A stretch of 64,000 nt of DNA from an uncultured Candidatus Saccharibacteria bacterium (GTDB lineage: Bacteria > Patescibacteriota > Minisyncoccia > Phycocordibacterales > Zambryskibacteraceae). Position 1 is the stretch's first letter. Every line of letters starts with the position of its first letter. Below are positions 45,446 through 55,348 of this stretch, piece by piece. The notes beneath the pieces were generated by a model, which saw nothing but the letters and a program-made list of their open reading frames with translations, made no database searches and had not been told where the DNA came from. Position numbers and translations under genes: made by a program. Location: assembly GCA_964582295.1 (NCBI GenBank), contig CAZOQP010000001.1, forward strand, positions 148,754 to 212,753, given 5' to 3'.

Positions 45446-46891
45446 ATGGCGAAAAAACCTGTTTACATCACCACCACTCTGCCCTATGTGAATGCGGAGC
45501 CCCATGTGGGGCACGCCATGGAATTCGTGCGGGCGGATGTTATTGCCCGCTTCAGGAAAATGGAGGGAGATGAAGTTTTTTTCAACACCGGCACAGATGA
45601 GCACGGCATAAAAATATATAAAGCTGCCCAGGATGCCGGGCGCGACGTGAAGGATTTTGTAGATGAATATGCGGCGCGCTTTCGCGAGATATTGAAACTT
45701 TTGAACGTGAGCGAGGACATTCATTTTGTGCGTACAACGGATGAAAAGCATGTGCGCGCGGCAGAAAGCTTTTGGAAAAAGTGCGAAGAAAACGGGTTTA
45801 TATACAAAGGCCAGTACACCGTGAAATATTGCACCGGCTGTGAACTGGAAAAAACAGATTCGGAACTTGAAGACGGCCGCTGCCCGCTTCACTCCACACT
45901 TGAGATAGAGCTCATAGACGAAGAAAATTATTTTTTCAAATTCTCGGCTTTTGCAGAAAAATTATCTAATCTTTATGAAACCGAGGAAAATTTTGTGGTG
46001 CCAGAAGTACGATTGAATGAGATACGCTCTTTCGTAAAGCAGGGGCTTCAGGATTTCAGCATCTCGCGCTTGGCTTCAAAAATGCCGTGGGGTGTGCCAG
46101 TTCCTGGTGCGCCGGAGCACGTGATGTATGTGTGGTTTGACGCCTTAGTTTCATACATTTCCACTTTGGGTTGGCCCGACTCGGCCGAAACAGGAGATTT
46201 TAATAAGTTCTGGGCGGAGGGGGAAACCATTCAATATGCAGGGAAAGACAATCTGCGTCAGCAGTCGGCAATGTGGCAGGCCATGCTTATGGCGGCGGGC
46301 CTTCCTAATACGAATCATGTAGTGATAAACGGATTCATCACAGGGGAGGGAGGAGTGAAAATGTCTAAAACTTTGGGCAATACTATTGACCCGAAGGAAA
46401 TCGTGGAAACATTCGGCGCGGATGCTTTCAGATATTTCGTGTGCCGCGAACTCTCAACATTTGAAGATTCTCCCTTCACAACGGATGCTTTCAAAAATGC
46501 TTACAATGCCAACCTCGCGAATGGCCTCGGCAATTTAGTGTCGCGGGTGATGGCTTTAGCTTCCAAATACTGCAATCCGATTTCTGAGACTCCGGAATTG
46601 CCGGGAGAATTCGTATCATTTTTAAATGAATTCAAAATACATGCAGCGGCTAATATGGTGTGGAGGCACATAGGGGAGGCAGATAAAATGATGCAGGAAA
46701 AGGAGCCGTTCAAGGTGGTGAAGACCGATCCTGAAGCTGGAAAAATGGTCCTTATGGAGCTTGTGAAGCGACTCTCTGTTATAGCCGAAATGCTTGTGCC
46801 GCTTATGCCTGAAACGGCGGAAAAAATAAAACTTCTCATAAAAGAGAATACCTCGCCCGTCTCGCCTCTTTTCCCGCGCTTTGAAAGCTAG
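45446..46891 (+). CDS. metG: Methionine--tRNA ligase (no C-terminal tRNA-binding domain)
   Basis: YVNAEPHVGH, GTDEHG, YVWFDAL, KMSKT, LFPR end. Confidence 0.96.
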   Translation: MAKKPVYITTTLPYVNAEPHVGHAMEFVRADVIARFRKMEGDEVFFNTGTDEHGIKIYKAAQDAGRDVKDFVDEYAARFREILKLLNVSEDIHFVRTTDEKHVRAAESFWKKCEENGFIYKGQYTVKYCTGCELEKTDSELEDGRCPLHSTLEIELIDEENYFFKFSAFAEKLSNLYETEENFVVPEVRLNEIRSFVKQGLQDFSISRLASKMPWGVPVPGAPEHVMYVWFDALVSYISTLGWPDSAETGDFNKFWAEGETIQYAGKDNLRQQSAMWQAMLMAAGLPNTNHVVINGFITGEGGVKMSKTLGNTIDPKEIVETFGADAFRYFVCRELSTFEDSPFTTDAFKNAYNANLANGLGNLVSRVMALASKYCNPISETPELPGEFVSFLNEFKIHAAANMVWRHIGEADKMMQEKEPFKVVKTDPEAGKMVLMELVKRLSVIAEMLVPLMPETAEKIKLLIKENTSPVSPLFPRFES

Positions 46892-46918
46892 AATGAGAAA
46901 ATTGGGAAGAAATCATTT

Positions 46919-47707
46919 ATGGAAAATAAGGAATATAAATACATAGATGCACACTGCCATCTGCAGTTTGAGGATTACGATCGAGATAGGGAAGAGGAAA
47001 TAAGAAAAACGGCGGCGGAAGAAACGGCAGCCATTGTGGTGGGGGTTGATAGTGCAAGTTCTGCTGAAGCGGTGGCTCTTGCGAAAAACCACGAGCATAT
47101 TTTCGCCTGTGTCGGCATTCACCCCACATACGACGACCCTCATGCAAAAGAAATAGAGAAATTAGTATCTAGTCCGAAAGTGGTGGGAGTGGGTGAATGT
47201 GGCCTGGATTTTTTTAGGAATTCGCGTGATGAAAATGAGAAGCGCCAAAGAGATATTTTTGAATGGCAGATAGAGATTGCTTTGAAAAATAATAAGCCGC
47301 TCATGATACATGCACGAGATTCATACAAAGAGGTGGCGGATATTTTGACATCTAAAAAGAAGGAAGCGGGGGAGAAGCTTCGCGGCAATATGCATTTTTT
47401 CGCAGGAGATATGGATGACGCGAAAGTTTTTATTGATCTCGGCTTCACACTTTCTTTCACTGGCGTTATAACTTTTGCGAGAGATTATGACGATGTCATA
47501 CGCTTTGCGCCCATATCAAATCTTCTTTCGGAAACCGATGCACCTTACGTAACACCTGTTCCTTTCAGAGGCAAAAGAAATAATCCGCGTTTCGTGAGTG
47601 AAGTGATAAGGGCTTTGGCCAAGATCCGCGAGGAAAATGAAGAAGAAGTGAGAGCTGCCGTTTTTGAGAATGCCTGTAGGGTTTTTGGGTTGCCGTTGCA
47701 GAGCTAA
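46919..47707 (+). CDS. tatD: TatD family nuclease
   Basis: DAHCHL, GIHP, GECGLD, IHAR, ETDAPY. Confidence 0.94.
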   Translation: MENKEYKYIDAHCHLQFEDYDRDREEEIRKTAAEETAAIVVGVDSASSAEAVALAKNHEHIFACVGIHPTYDDPHAKEIEKLVSSPKVVGVGECGLDFFRNSRDENEKRQRDIFEWQIEIALKNNKPLMIHARDSYKEVADILTSKKKEAGEKLRGNMHFFAGDMDDAKVFIDLGFTLSFTGVITFARDYDDVIRFAPISNLLSETDAPYVTPVPFRGKRNNPRFVSEVIRALAKIREENEEEVRAAVFENACRVFGLPLQS

Positions 47708-47799
47708 AAACTTCATGATAAAGTGCTCGGGTTCTTACAAATTATCGGAGTGTTAAGCCCCTCGCCTTTGGCTTCGGGGCGCAATGTGCCACACCACAT

Positions 47800-48261
47800 A
47801 TGAAAGAAGAAAATAAAGAGGGAAGCCGCATCTATGAAGCGAGCTTCCTCATCTCCCCAACCTTATCTCTCGGAGATGCCGCCTCAAAAGCGGAAGCTAT
47901 CCGTGCATCAATAGAGAAATCGGGGGGTTCTATCCTTGAAGGAGAAGAGCCCCGCCTTAGGAAAATTGCCTATCCTATATATAAAGTTATAGGAGGAAAC
48001 AAGATTGCGGCTACCACCGCTTATTTCGGCTGGAGCAAGTTTGAAGGAATTGCAGACCCTGCGCCCATCGCGGCAGAACTTCAGTCAATGGAGGAGGTTT
48101 TGAGGCACCTTATAATTGAAACGGTAAGAGAAAGGACATATATTCCCCGGGAACCAGAGCCCGTAGAAGAGGATGTTGTGGGGGGCGAGGATACAGCTAC
48201 CCTAGAAGAAGTGGTAGTACCGGCTGAAGGAGAGGTTGAAGCCGAGAAACCGAAGGAATAG
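47800..48261 (+). CDS. rpsF: 30S ribosomal protein S6
   Basis: YE..FLI.P, R.IAYPI, VLRHLI; rpsF-ssb-rpsR synteny. Confidence 0.88.
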   Translation: MKEENKEGSRIYEASFLISPTLSLGDAASKAEAIRASIEKSGGSILEGEEPRLRKIAYPIYKVIGGNKIAATTAYFGWSKFEGIADPAPIAAELQSMEEVLRHLIIETVRERTYIPREPEPVEEDVVGGEDTATLEEVVVPAEGEVEAEKPKE

Positions 48262-48308
48262 AATAAGGGGTGTTAAGAATAGTAGGTAACAGACGATAAT
48301 AAAACACG

Positions 48309-48767
48309 ATGTACATAAACAAAGCATTTCTCTTCGGAAACCTTACTCGCGATCCTGAAGTGCGTTCTCTGCCATCAGGTATTGCCGTAACTTCCTTCTC
48401 CATTGCCACTAATCGCACCTGGAAAGATAAAGAAGGTCGCAAGCAGGAATCCACGGATTACCACAACATAGTGGCTTTCGGAAAGCCGGGAGAGGTAGTG
48501 GCGCAGTATGCGCGCAAGGGCTCTTCGCTTTTCGTGGAAGGCAGGATACAGACGCGAAGCTGGGAAGCTGCGGATGGACAGAAAAAATATCGCACGGAAA
48601 TAGTGCTAGATAACTTCCAGTTCGGCCCCAGAAAAGAGGGGCAGGGCGGGGGCTCTTATGAAAAAGCCGCTGCATCTGCATCGGCACCAGCTGCAGCAGC
48701 GGCAGCGCAGGAAGAGGCGATAGAATACCCGACCGAAGAAACCTCTACTGAAGATATTCCGTTCTAA
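48309..48767 (+). CDS. ssb: Single-stranded DNA-binding protein
   Basis: [24 protein letters not shown]-terminal DIPF. Confidence 0.97.
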   Translation: MYINKAFLFGNLTRDPEVRSLPSGIAVTSFSIATNRTWKDKEGRKQESTDYHNIVAFGKPGEVVAQYARKGSSLFVEGRIQTRSWEAADGQKKYRTEIVLDNFQFGPRKEGQGGGSYEKAAASASAPAAAAAAQEEAIEYPTEETSTEDIPF

Positions 48768-48789
48768 AAATTTAAGTTTTGCTAAAAAT

Positions 48790-48999
48790 ATGAAACCCAA
48801 CCAACAGGAAAACGAGAGGCAGGACATGCCCAAACACATTGATTACAAAGATACGGAGCTTTTGAAAAAGTTCCTGAATCCTCATGCGCGAATAATGTCG
48901 CGCCGCCGCACAGGGCTTGCTGCCGGTGAGCAGAGGAATTTGGCTATGGCAATAAAGCGCGCGCGCTTTATGGCGTTATTGCCGTTTGTTTCTAGGTAA
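48790..48999 (+). CDS. rpsR: 30S ribosomal protein S18
   Basis: [28 protein letters not shown]. Confidence 0.95.
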   Translation: MKPNQQENERQDMPKHIDYKDTELLKKFLNPHARIMSRRRTGLAAGEQRNLAMAIKRARFMALLPFVSR

Positions 49000-49003
49000 A
49001 ACG

Positions 49004-49083
49004 TCGCTCGGGAATTCTGTAAAAAGAGATCACTCCGGGGCGTTTGCCCAAGTCTTAGTCTCTTTTTACAGAATTCCCTCGCT
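49004..49083 (+). repeat. REP/MITE-like nested hairpin, copy C
   Basis: tcgctc-gggaattctgt-core-acagaattccc-tcgct. Confidence 0.8.
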
Positions 49084-49152
49084 TGTAAATAGGAATAAGA
49101 AAGTGCGCAAAAAATGCCTCGGGTGAGTCATTTTTTGCGCTATACTTTTGCA

Positions 49153-49425
49153 ATGTCCGTTCCTTTCTCCATAAGACTGGCTTTTTTTACTGTTGCTTTG
49201 CTTGTGCTCTCTTTTATTTTGAAAGCATTCTGCCCTATTGAAGAGGGATGCCTTACCGATCCCTTTGTGTCATTCTTTTTAGAGCCACTCTTTTTTCTGG
49301 AGAACAGCGGCCGGGCTTTTTTGGATGTTCAATATGAAGTTCTCTTCCTTCTCTGCTTCTGGTTTTTGGTCGGGGCTTTGCTCGGGTCAATCCTTGATCT
49401 CGCTCAACCCAAAAAAGTTTCTTAA
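49153..49425 (+). CDS. Small membrane protein
   Basis: Two TM segments, CP...GC..D.F; TATACT 6 nt upstream. Confidence 0.6.
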   Translation: MSVPFSIRLAFFTVALLVLSFILKAFCPIEEGCLTDPFVSFFLEPLFFLENSGRAFLDVQYEVLFLLCFWFLVGALLGSILDLAQPKKVS

Positions 49426-49426
49426 C

Positions 49427-49996
49427 TTACGATACTCGGTCTGTATATTGGCCGGTTTCAGTATTGACACGCACGATGTCACCTTCGTTCACAAAAAGAG
49501 GAGCGTTTATGGTGGCGCCGGTTTCAAGAGTAATGACTTTGTTGCCGCCCTTAGCGGTGTCGCCCCTTACAGCAGGCGGCGCTTCCGTGACTTTGAGATC
49601 AACTTTGATAGGCAATTTCACGCCGATTATTTTTTCGTCAAAAAGAACGGCCCCCACTGTCGTATTATCCTTCAGGAAGCGCCCCGCTTCGCCTATTATG
49701 TCTTCCTCTATTTTGAAGCGTTTTGAAGGGTCTTTAGGATCTGCAAACCACCACTCGCCGCGGTTGTTATAAAGATACTTTACGTCTTTGCTCTCTATTT
49801 CCGCTTCTTCCACTTTGTCTGATACATGAAAAGAATGCTCCGTTACCTTTCCGGTGAGAAAATTCTTAAGTTTGGTGGCGTTCACCGGCTTCCTCTGTTG
49901 CTTGCGAAAGACATGGCTTGTTAGCACCTCGTAGGGAGTTCCATCAAGGATTATCACCTTGTGTTCCGTTATTTCGCTATATGAAAGTATGGCCAT
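49427..49996 (-). CDS. efp: Elongation factor P
   Basis: YLY, V..APPAVRGDTA.G..K...LETG..I..PLFVNEGD...VNT..G.Y..R. Confidence 0.93.
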   Translation of the reverse strand: MAILSYSEITEHKVIILDGTPYEVLTSHVFRKQQRKPVNATKLKNFLTGKVTEHSFHVSDKVEEAEIESKDVKYLYNNRGEWWFADPKDPSKRFKIEEDIIGEAGRFLKDNTTVGAVLFDEKIIGVKLPIKVDLKVTEAPPAVRGDTAKGGNKVITLETGATINAPLFVNEGDIVRVNTETGQYTDRVS

Positions 49997-50035
49997 AAGA
50001 GGCCAGCCTATCAGAAAAACCCTCTTTAGCCAATC

Positions 50036-51085
50036 TTATAATTCTTTGAGACGTGAGCGGATCTCTTTAAGTAAAGTTTTTGAAATTTGGGGATTATCAC
50101 GGAGGAATTGGCGAGTAGCATCGTAGCCGCGGCCGAGTTTTGTTTCCGCATATTCATACACGGAGCCACTACTCTTCTTTACCAGGCCCAGTTTTTCTCC
50201 GAGCGCTATCAATTCTCCCTCTCTGGAAATTCCTTCGTTGTACATAAGGTCAAATTCTGTTTGTTTGAATGGCGCAGCCACTTTGTTTTTCACCACTTTC
50301 ACGCGCACGCGCCCGCCCATGACCTCTTCTCCTTTTTTAATTTGTGCGATACGGCGAATATCCAGGCGTACTGATGTATAAAATTTGAGTGCCTTGCCGC
50401 CCGGAGTGGTTTCCGGATTTCCGAACATCACTCCTATCTGCATGCGGATCTGATTGATAAAGATAACGATGGTTTTTGATTTTGCGACGATAGCCGTCAG
50501 TTTGCGAAGGGCTTGGGACATAAGGCGCGCCTGCTTGCCCACGTGATGTGCTCCCATGTCTCCCTCTATTTCGTCTCTTGGGGTGAGGGCGGCCACGGAG
50601 TCAATAACGATAACGTCCATTTTTCCGGAGCGCACCAGCGATTCCACTATTTCAAGCGCCTGTTCGCCGGTGTCCGGCTGAGAAATTAAAAGTTCGTCCA
50701 GTTTCACTCCCAAACGCTTTGTGTATTCTGGGTCAAGCGCATGCTCTGCATCTATGAATGCACACACTCCGCCAAGTTTTTGAGCTTCGGCGATGACATG
50801 CAAAGTGAGTGTGGTTTTTCCGGATGATTCCGGCCCGAATATTTCCACTATTCTTCCTCGCGGAAGCCCCCCTACACCTAGCGCTGCATCAAGACCGATA
50901 GAACCGGTAGGGACGGCGTTCACATCCACGCGTGGAGCGTCCCCGAGCATCATTATGGAATCGTCCCCGAATTTTGTTTTGATAGCTTGTATGGCTTCCT
51001 CAATATTCCTGTGTGAAGAAGCTTTCTCTGCGGGAGCTTCTTTAGCTGCCGGTTTGGCGGATTTCTTTTTTGATATCGGGCTCAT
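50036..51085 (-). CDS. recA: Recombinase A
   Basis: [34 protein letters not shown]. Confidence 0.98.
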   Translation of the reverse strand: MSPISKKKSAKPAAKEAPAEKASSHRNIEEAIQAIKTKFGDDSIMMLGDAPRVDVNAVPTGSIGLDAALGVGGLPRGRIVEIFGPESSGKTTLTLHVIAEAQKLGGVCAFIDAEHALDPEYTKRLGVKLDELLISQPDTGEQALEIVESLVRSGKMDVIVIDSVAALTPRDEIEGDMGAHHVGKQARLMSQALRKLTAIVAKSKTIVIFINQIRMQIGVMFGNPETTPGGKALKFYTSVRLDIRRIAQIKKGEEVMGGRVRVKVVKNKVAAPFKQTEFDLMYNEGISREGELIALGEKLGLVKKSSGSVYEYAETKLGRGYDATRQFLRDNPQISKTLLKEIRSRLKEL

Positions 51086-51489
51086 ATTTGTGTAGTGGTG
51101 GCCGTTGATGTGGCGGATGTGTTTTTTATAATATCGCTTTTTTCGGGCAAAGAAAAGAATTGTCTTTCCACTTGGGATTCTCTCCCGAAACGGTCTTTGC
51201 CTTTAAGGGTCAGTATAGCGAGGCCGACGGGCGAGAGCAATGTTTCGCTGAAATTCCCCTCGTCGTTCACAAATATCTGGCGGTCGTTGAGAGTAATAAA
51301 GGAGACATTTCGTGCTGTCCCCGTGACTTTTATGGTGTTGCCGGTGAGGGATTCTCCATTTCCCGGGCTTTGGATGGTGAGACGGGGGCCCAGGATGAAG
51401 TTACGCGCCTGAAAGGGGATATATATCGCAAGGATGATGAGAAAGGCGGAAAGAAAAACTTTTTTGGGGGTCCAGAAGCGTATGGTCAT
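51082..51489 (-). CDS. Membrane-anchored Ig-like protein
   Basis: N-terminal TM; GP.L.I.SP, LNDRQI, DRFG. Confidence 0.7.
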   Translation of the reverse strand: MTIRFWTPKKVFLSAFLIILAIYIPFQARNFILGPRLTIQSPGNGESLTGNTIKVTGTARNVSFITLNDRQIFVNDEGNFSETLLSPVGLAILTLKGKDRFGRESQVERQFFSLPEKSDIIKNTSATSTATTTQI

Positions 51490-53741
51490 GAAGGGTAATT
51501 TTCTTTTGGCTCTTCTTCAGGAATTTCCTCTGCGATATCTGTATCGGTTTCTTCGGTCGGAAAATCTGCCACATCGCCGCCCGCCGGAATGAGAACTTCT
51601 CGGGGTTTAGCACCTGACCCTGCTCCAACCACCCCTCTTTCCTCAAGCATGTCCATGAGGCGGGCGGCACGTGCATAGCCCACTCCAAGTTTTCTTTGGA
51701 GGAACGACGTGGATGCTTTACCGGCCTGAATAACAGTCTCGCGAGCTTCTTCATACATATCATCCTCGTCCCCATCTGCCGTGAGATCAGTTGAGAAAAT
51801 ATTTCCTTCATTTTTCACTTCAGTGAAATTGATATCGGAAAGAGTGGGCTCGTAATTATCTGCCAGATATTTAGTAACCTTTTTCACTTCGTCTTCCGTA
51901 ATGTATGCAGACTGGATGCGTACGGGTTTCCCCATATCGCCAGACATATAAAGCATGTCGCCCGCACCCAAAAGCTTTTCCGCGCCTGCGGCATCCAAAA
52001 TCGTGCGTGAGTCTATTTGCGACGCCACCTGAAGGGCCACTCGCGCCGGAACATTTGCTTTGATGAGGCCGGTTATCACATTTACGGACGGTCTTTGGGT
52101 GGAAAGCATCAGGTGAATGCCCACCGCGCGGCTCATTTGTGCCAGGCGCACAATAGCCGATTCAAGTTCCCGAGGGTAGCTAGACATGATGTCTGCAAGC
52201 TCGTCTATGATAATGACGATGTAAGGCATTGGGTCGGGGCCCACAGCATCTTCGTCACTCTTTCCTTTGCGAGCTTTTTCTATGGCAGGTTCCAGAACAT
52301 TTTTATGATAGGAAGTGATGTCGCGAACCTGATGCTTTTGCAGAACGTCGTAGCGCCTTTCCATTTCTTTGGCTGCCCACTTAAGAGCAAGTATGGCTTT
52401 CTTGGCTTCAGTTATTACGGGGGTCAGAAGGTGGGGGATGGAATTGTATAAGGTAAGCTCCACCCGTTTCGGGTCTATCATTATGAATTTGAGGTTCTCC
52501 GGAGGGTTTCTGTAAAGAAGGGAAGTGATGAGTGCATGGATGGTCACAGATTTTCCAGAGCCGGTGGCGCCTGCAATAAGAAGGTGGGGCATTTTTGAGA
52601 CGTTCGCAAAGTGCGACGAGCCGGAAATATCCCGACCGAGGGATACCAGAAGGGGAGCAGATGATGCCCCATAAGCACTTTCTGAAAGAAGGGAGCCGAG
52701 GCCGATGGTCGTCTTCGCAGTGTTAGGCACCTCAATTCCAACCAGGGATTTTCCGGGGATAGGAGCTTCTATGCGCACCGGGTGGGCGGCGAGGGCAAGC
52801 TCCAGATTATTCTGAAGGCCCAGGATGCGGGAGAGCTTCACACCTTCCGCCGGTTTTAATGCGTAGCGCGTAACAGAAGGCCCTATAGAAACTTCATCCA
52901 TTTCAACAGCGATGCCGAAATTTTCAAGCGTCCTCTTTATAATATTTGCATTAGCTTTCACGTCTCCCACTCCCGGCTTTCCGCGGTCTCTTTCAAGAAG
53001 AGAGAGTGGCGGAGGCACGAATTCCTTTGCAGAAAGGAGCCGAGGCATAGAAGTAATGAATTCGGCTGGAGTGCCCCCCGCAGTTCTCTTTTTTTCTTTA
53101 GGAGCTTCTTCTTGCTCGCCATCCTCTTCATCTCCGTCAGCGGGCAGTTCTTCTTCCGTATCACCTGATCTTATTTTCACAATGACGTCCGCTTCGTCCT
53201 CGCTCTTTTTATTGCGATTGAATAAAGAAAACAGAAAACCCATGCGAAGGGTGGTGTCAAAAACAATTGAAAATGAGATAGCGGCAAGCGCCACCAGAAT
53301 GATAACTGTTACGTAAGTATCAAAGATGCGAAGCAGGGGATTTGCTATGAAGCCGCCCACAAGGCCAGCTTCGTTCAATGCCCCGATGTGTATGAGACCA
53401 AGCGCTGAAAAAAAGAAAACAAAAGCCCCTGCTGTTTGGGGTAGTGCAATGCGTTTTGATTCGCCGCGGAAAGCGCTCACTCCGAACGCGATAAGGAGAG
53501 CCGGGATTATGAAATAGCCGATGCCGAAGAGGTATGAAAAAAGCTTATAAAGATATTCACCAGCAACACCCCCTTTGTGAAGGGCTGCCATAATGAGTAT
53601 TAAGGTGAAAAGAAAATAAATAGTGCCCTTCACGGAGTGGCGTGTTTCATCCTTGAGATCTCCCCAGAAGCTTATCTTTTCAAAAATACCTTCCTCATCT
53701 GCATCATCTTTCCGCGGTCTTCCTCTTTTACGGCTTGCCAT
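51486..53741 (-). CDS. ftsK: DNA translocase FtsK/SpoIIIE
   Basis: N-terminal TMs, GATGSGKS, IDPKRVEL, DELAD, TQRPSV, gamma domain. Confidence 0.97.
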   Translation of the reverse strand: MASRKRGRPRKDDADEEGIFEKISFWGDLKDETRHSVKGTIYFLFTLILIMAALHKGGVAGEYLYKLFSYLFGIGYFIIPALLIAFGVSAFRGESKRIALPQTAGAFVFFFSALGLIHIGALNEAGLVGGFIANPLLRIFDTYVTVIILVALAAISFSIVFDTTLRMGFLFSLFNRNKKSEDEADVIVKIRSGDTEEELPADGDEEDGEQEEAPKEKKRTAGGTPAEFITSMPRLLSAKEFVPPPLSLLERDRGKPGVGDVKANANIIKRTLENFGIAVEMDEVSIGPSVTRYALKPAEGVKLSRILGLQNNLELALAAHPVRIEAPIPGKSLVGIEVPNTAKTTIGLGSLLSESAYGASSAPLLVSLGRDISGSSHFANVSKMPHLLIAGATGSGKSVTIHALITSLLYRNPPENLKFIMIDPKRVELTLYNSIPHLLTPVITEAKKAILALKWAAKEMERRYDVLQKHQVRDITSYHKNVLEPAIEKARKGKSDEDAVGPDPMPYIVIIIDELADIMSSYPRELESAIVRLAQMSRAVGIHLMLSTQRPSVNVITGLIKANVPARVALQVASQIDSRTILDAAGAEKLLGAGDMLYMSGDMGKPVRIQSAYITEDEVKKVTKYLADNYEPTLSDINFTEVKNEGNIFSTDLTADGDEDDMYEEARETVIQAGKASTSFLQRKLGVGYARAARLMDMLEERGVVGAGSGAKPREVLIPAGGDVADFPTEETDTDIAEEIPEEEPKENYPS

Positions 53742-53787
53742 ACGGAGATTTTATCACGACGAAGCATGACTATATAGCTTGAATAGT

Positions 53788-53976
53788 AAACCCAGAAACC
53801 ACCTTTTTAAAGCGGGCTCAAAAGCCTCCGTCGGTCGAAAATAATAGTCACCTCGTTTAACGGAAAAGAGGCAACTCGTCCCGCCTTGGCGGGACTCAGA
53901 CACTCCTCTTTTCCTACTCGGCTCGTTATTTTCAGATCGACTTCGCTGATGCTTTAAAAAGGTGGTTTCTGGGTTT
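53788..53976. repeat. Long nested inverted-repeat element (MITE/REPIN-like)
   Basis: 26-bp perfect terminal IR; inner stems ggaaaagagg/cctcttttcc and tcccgccttggcggga. Confidence 0.75.
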
Positions 53977-54053
53977 TGCAGGGCCGATAGGTAAATTAAA
54001 GGACAGGGCTTGCTTTTTATTTTTGTCCGTTATATAATATAAGACAAATTAAA

Positions 54054-54869
54054 ATGGACGATAGGAATATAAAGGACAATCCATCAAATAACGCCCAGAA
54101 ACAAGGGGATTTTGGGAATGGAGAAACATCGGTGCACCGCTCTGGCTATACCAAAAAGGCGGAAAAAATAGCGGCGGCTCTATTCTTGGTTTCAAATTTT
54201 CTATCGGATAACGAGCCCTTAAAATGGGATATCCGCCGTGCGGCATCTGGCATGGTAGGCCTCATATCTAGGGCTGATAAAGCCGATACTTCACGTAAAG
54301 ACGGTTTTACGGCAGACATCCGAGCTCTTCTGACCGAACTCTCGTCACTCATGGAAGTGGCGGCTCTTTCAGGCCTTATTTCAGGTATGAATAGCGAGAT
54401 ACTCATGAAGGAACTGGCTTCTCTTTTCTCGGCCCTGGAAAGAAGGGGAGAGAAGAACCATCGAATGGATTATGTGAAGATACCTAAGGACTTTTTCATT
54501 AAGGAAGAGCAAATACTTTTGAGCGAACCCAGTGTCCCGGCTAGGGAAAATTCCCATTCAAATATAAAGGACAAAAAAGGAATGTCTTATATAACTCAAT
54601 CCATTGAAGCAGATGAGCTTACTATACAAAAGGACAAAAAGAAGGAATATGGCTCTGTAGCTATGAAGAGAAATAGGCGCCAGACCTTCATAATCCAGAT
54701 CCTCAAGAAAAAGAAAGAGCTTACTATAAAAGACATATCCACTATTTTTCACGATTGCAGTGAAAAAACCATTCAGCGTGAGCTTATAGCCCTTATAAAG
54801 GAAGGAGTAGTGACACGCGACGGTGCCCGCAGGTGGACAAAGTACAGCTTGTCTCTTTTGGCTCAATAG
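54054..54869 (+). CDS. Helical-bundle protein with C-terminal winged HTH (DeoR-like)
   Basis: KKAEKIAAALFLVS..L...EPL; C-terminal TIKDI....CSEKTIQREL..L...G....G.RRW..Y. Confidence 0.8.
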   Translation: MDDRNIKDNPSNNAQKQGDFGNGETSVHRSGYTKKAEKIAAALFLVSNFLSDNEPLKWDIRRAASGMVGLISRADKADTSRKDGFTADIRALLTELSSLMEVAALSGLISGMNSEILMKELASLFSALERRGEKNHRMDYVKIPKDFFIKEEQILLSEPSVPARENSHSNIKDKKGMSYITQSIEADELTIQKDKKKEYGSVAMKRNRRQTFIIQILKKKKELTIKDISTIFHDCSEKTIQRELIALIKEGVVTRDGARRWTKYSLSLLAQ

Positions 54870-55348
54870 AGCCGTTATTTGTAGTATGTGTAACTTATTT
54901 CCCCCTATCTCATCCTTTACTTTTAACAACGGTTTTGCTATATTGATAGGGCTCACCAAAGGCGGTTGAGGGTGGTTTATCCACACAAAGCTGTCTTTTT
55001 GGGAATGAGCTTCAGATATAATTTGACTTAAGCAATTCATCTCTCCTTTAAGAGGGGAGATGAGAGCTTCAGTGAAGAAAGTTCTGAGGGATCATTGACA
55101 ACAAAATAGGCAATTACATTCAGAAACGGCTGCTTTGGCTATTCGTCTTTTATAGATGTGCTTTCGGGCACATATATAAGAGACATACCGGTTGCAAATG
55201 AAAGACATTCCATTCCCTTCTTGAAACTCTCCTCTTGTCCCTTAACGGGATAGGAGAGTTTAAAAATTATCAAGTTCGCTACTTAACCATCCCGTGCGCA
55301 CCATTAGTATCACAAGCCGCACGGGGTGCTACCAACAATTAATTACAA

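Noticed and set aside
54977-54985. oriC suggested by TTATCCACA
   Set aside because: Only one perfect DnaA box; no dnaA/dnaN nearby
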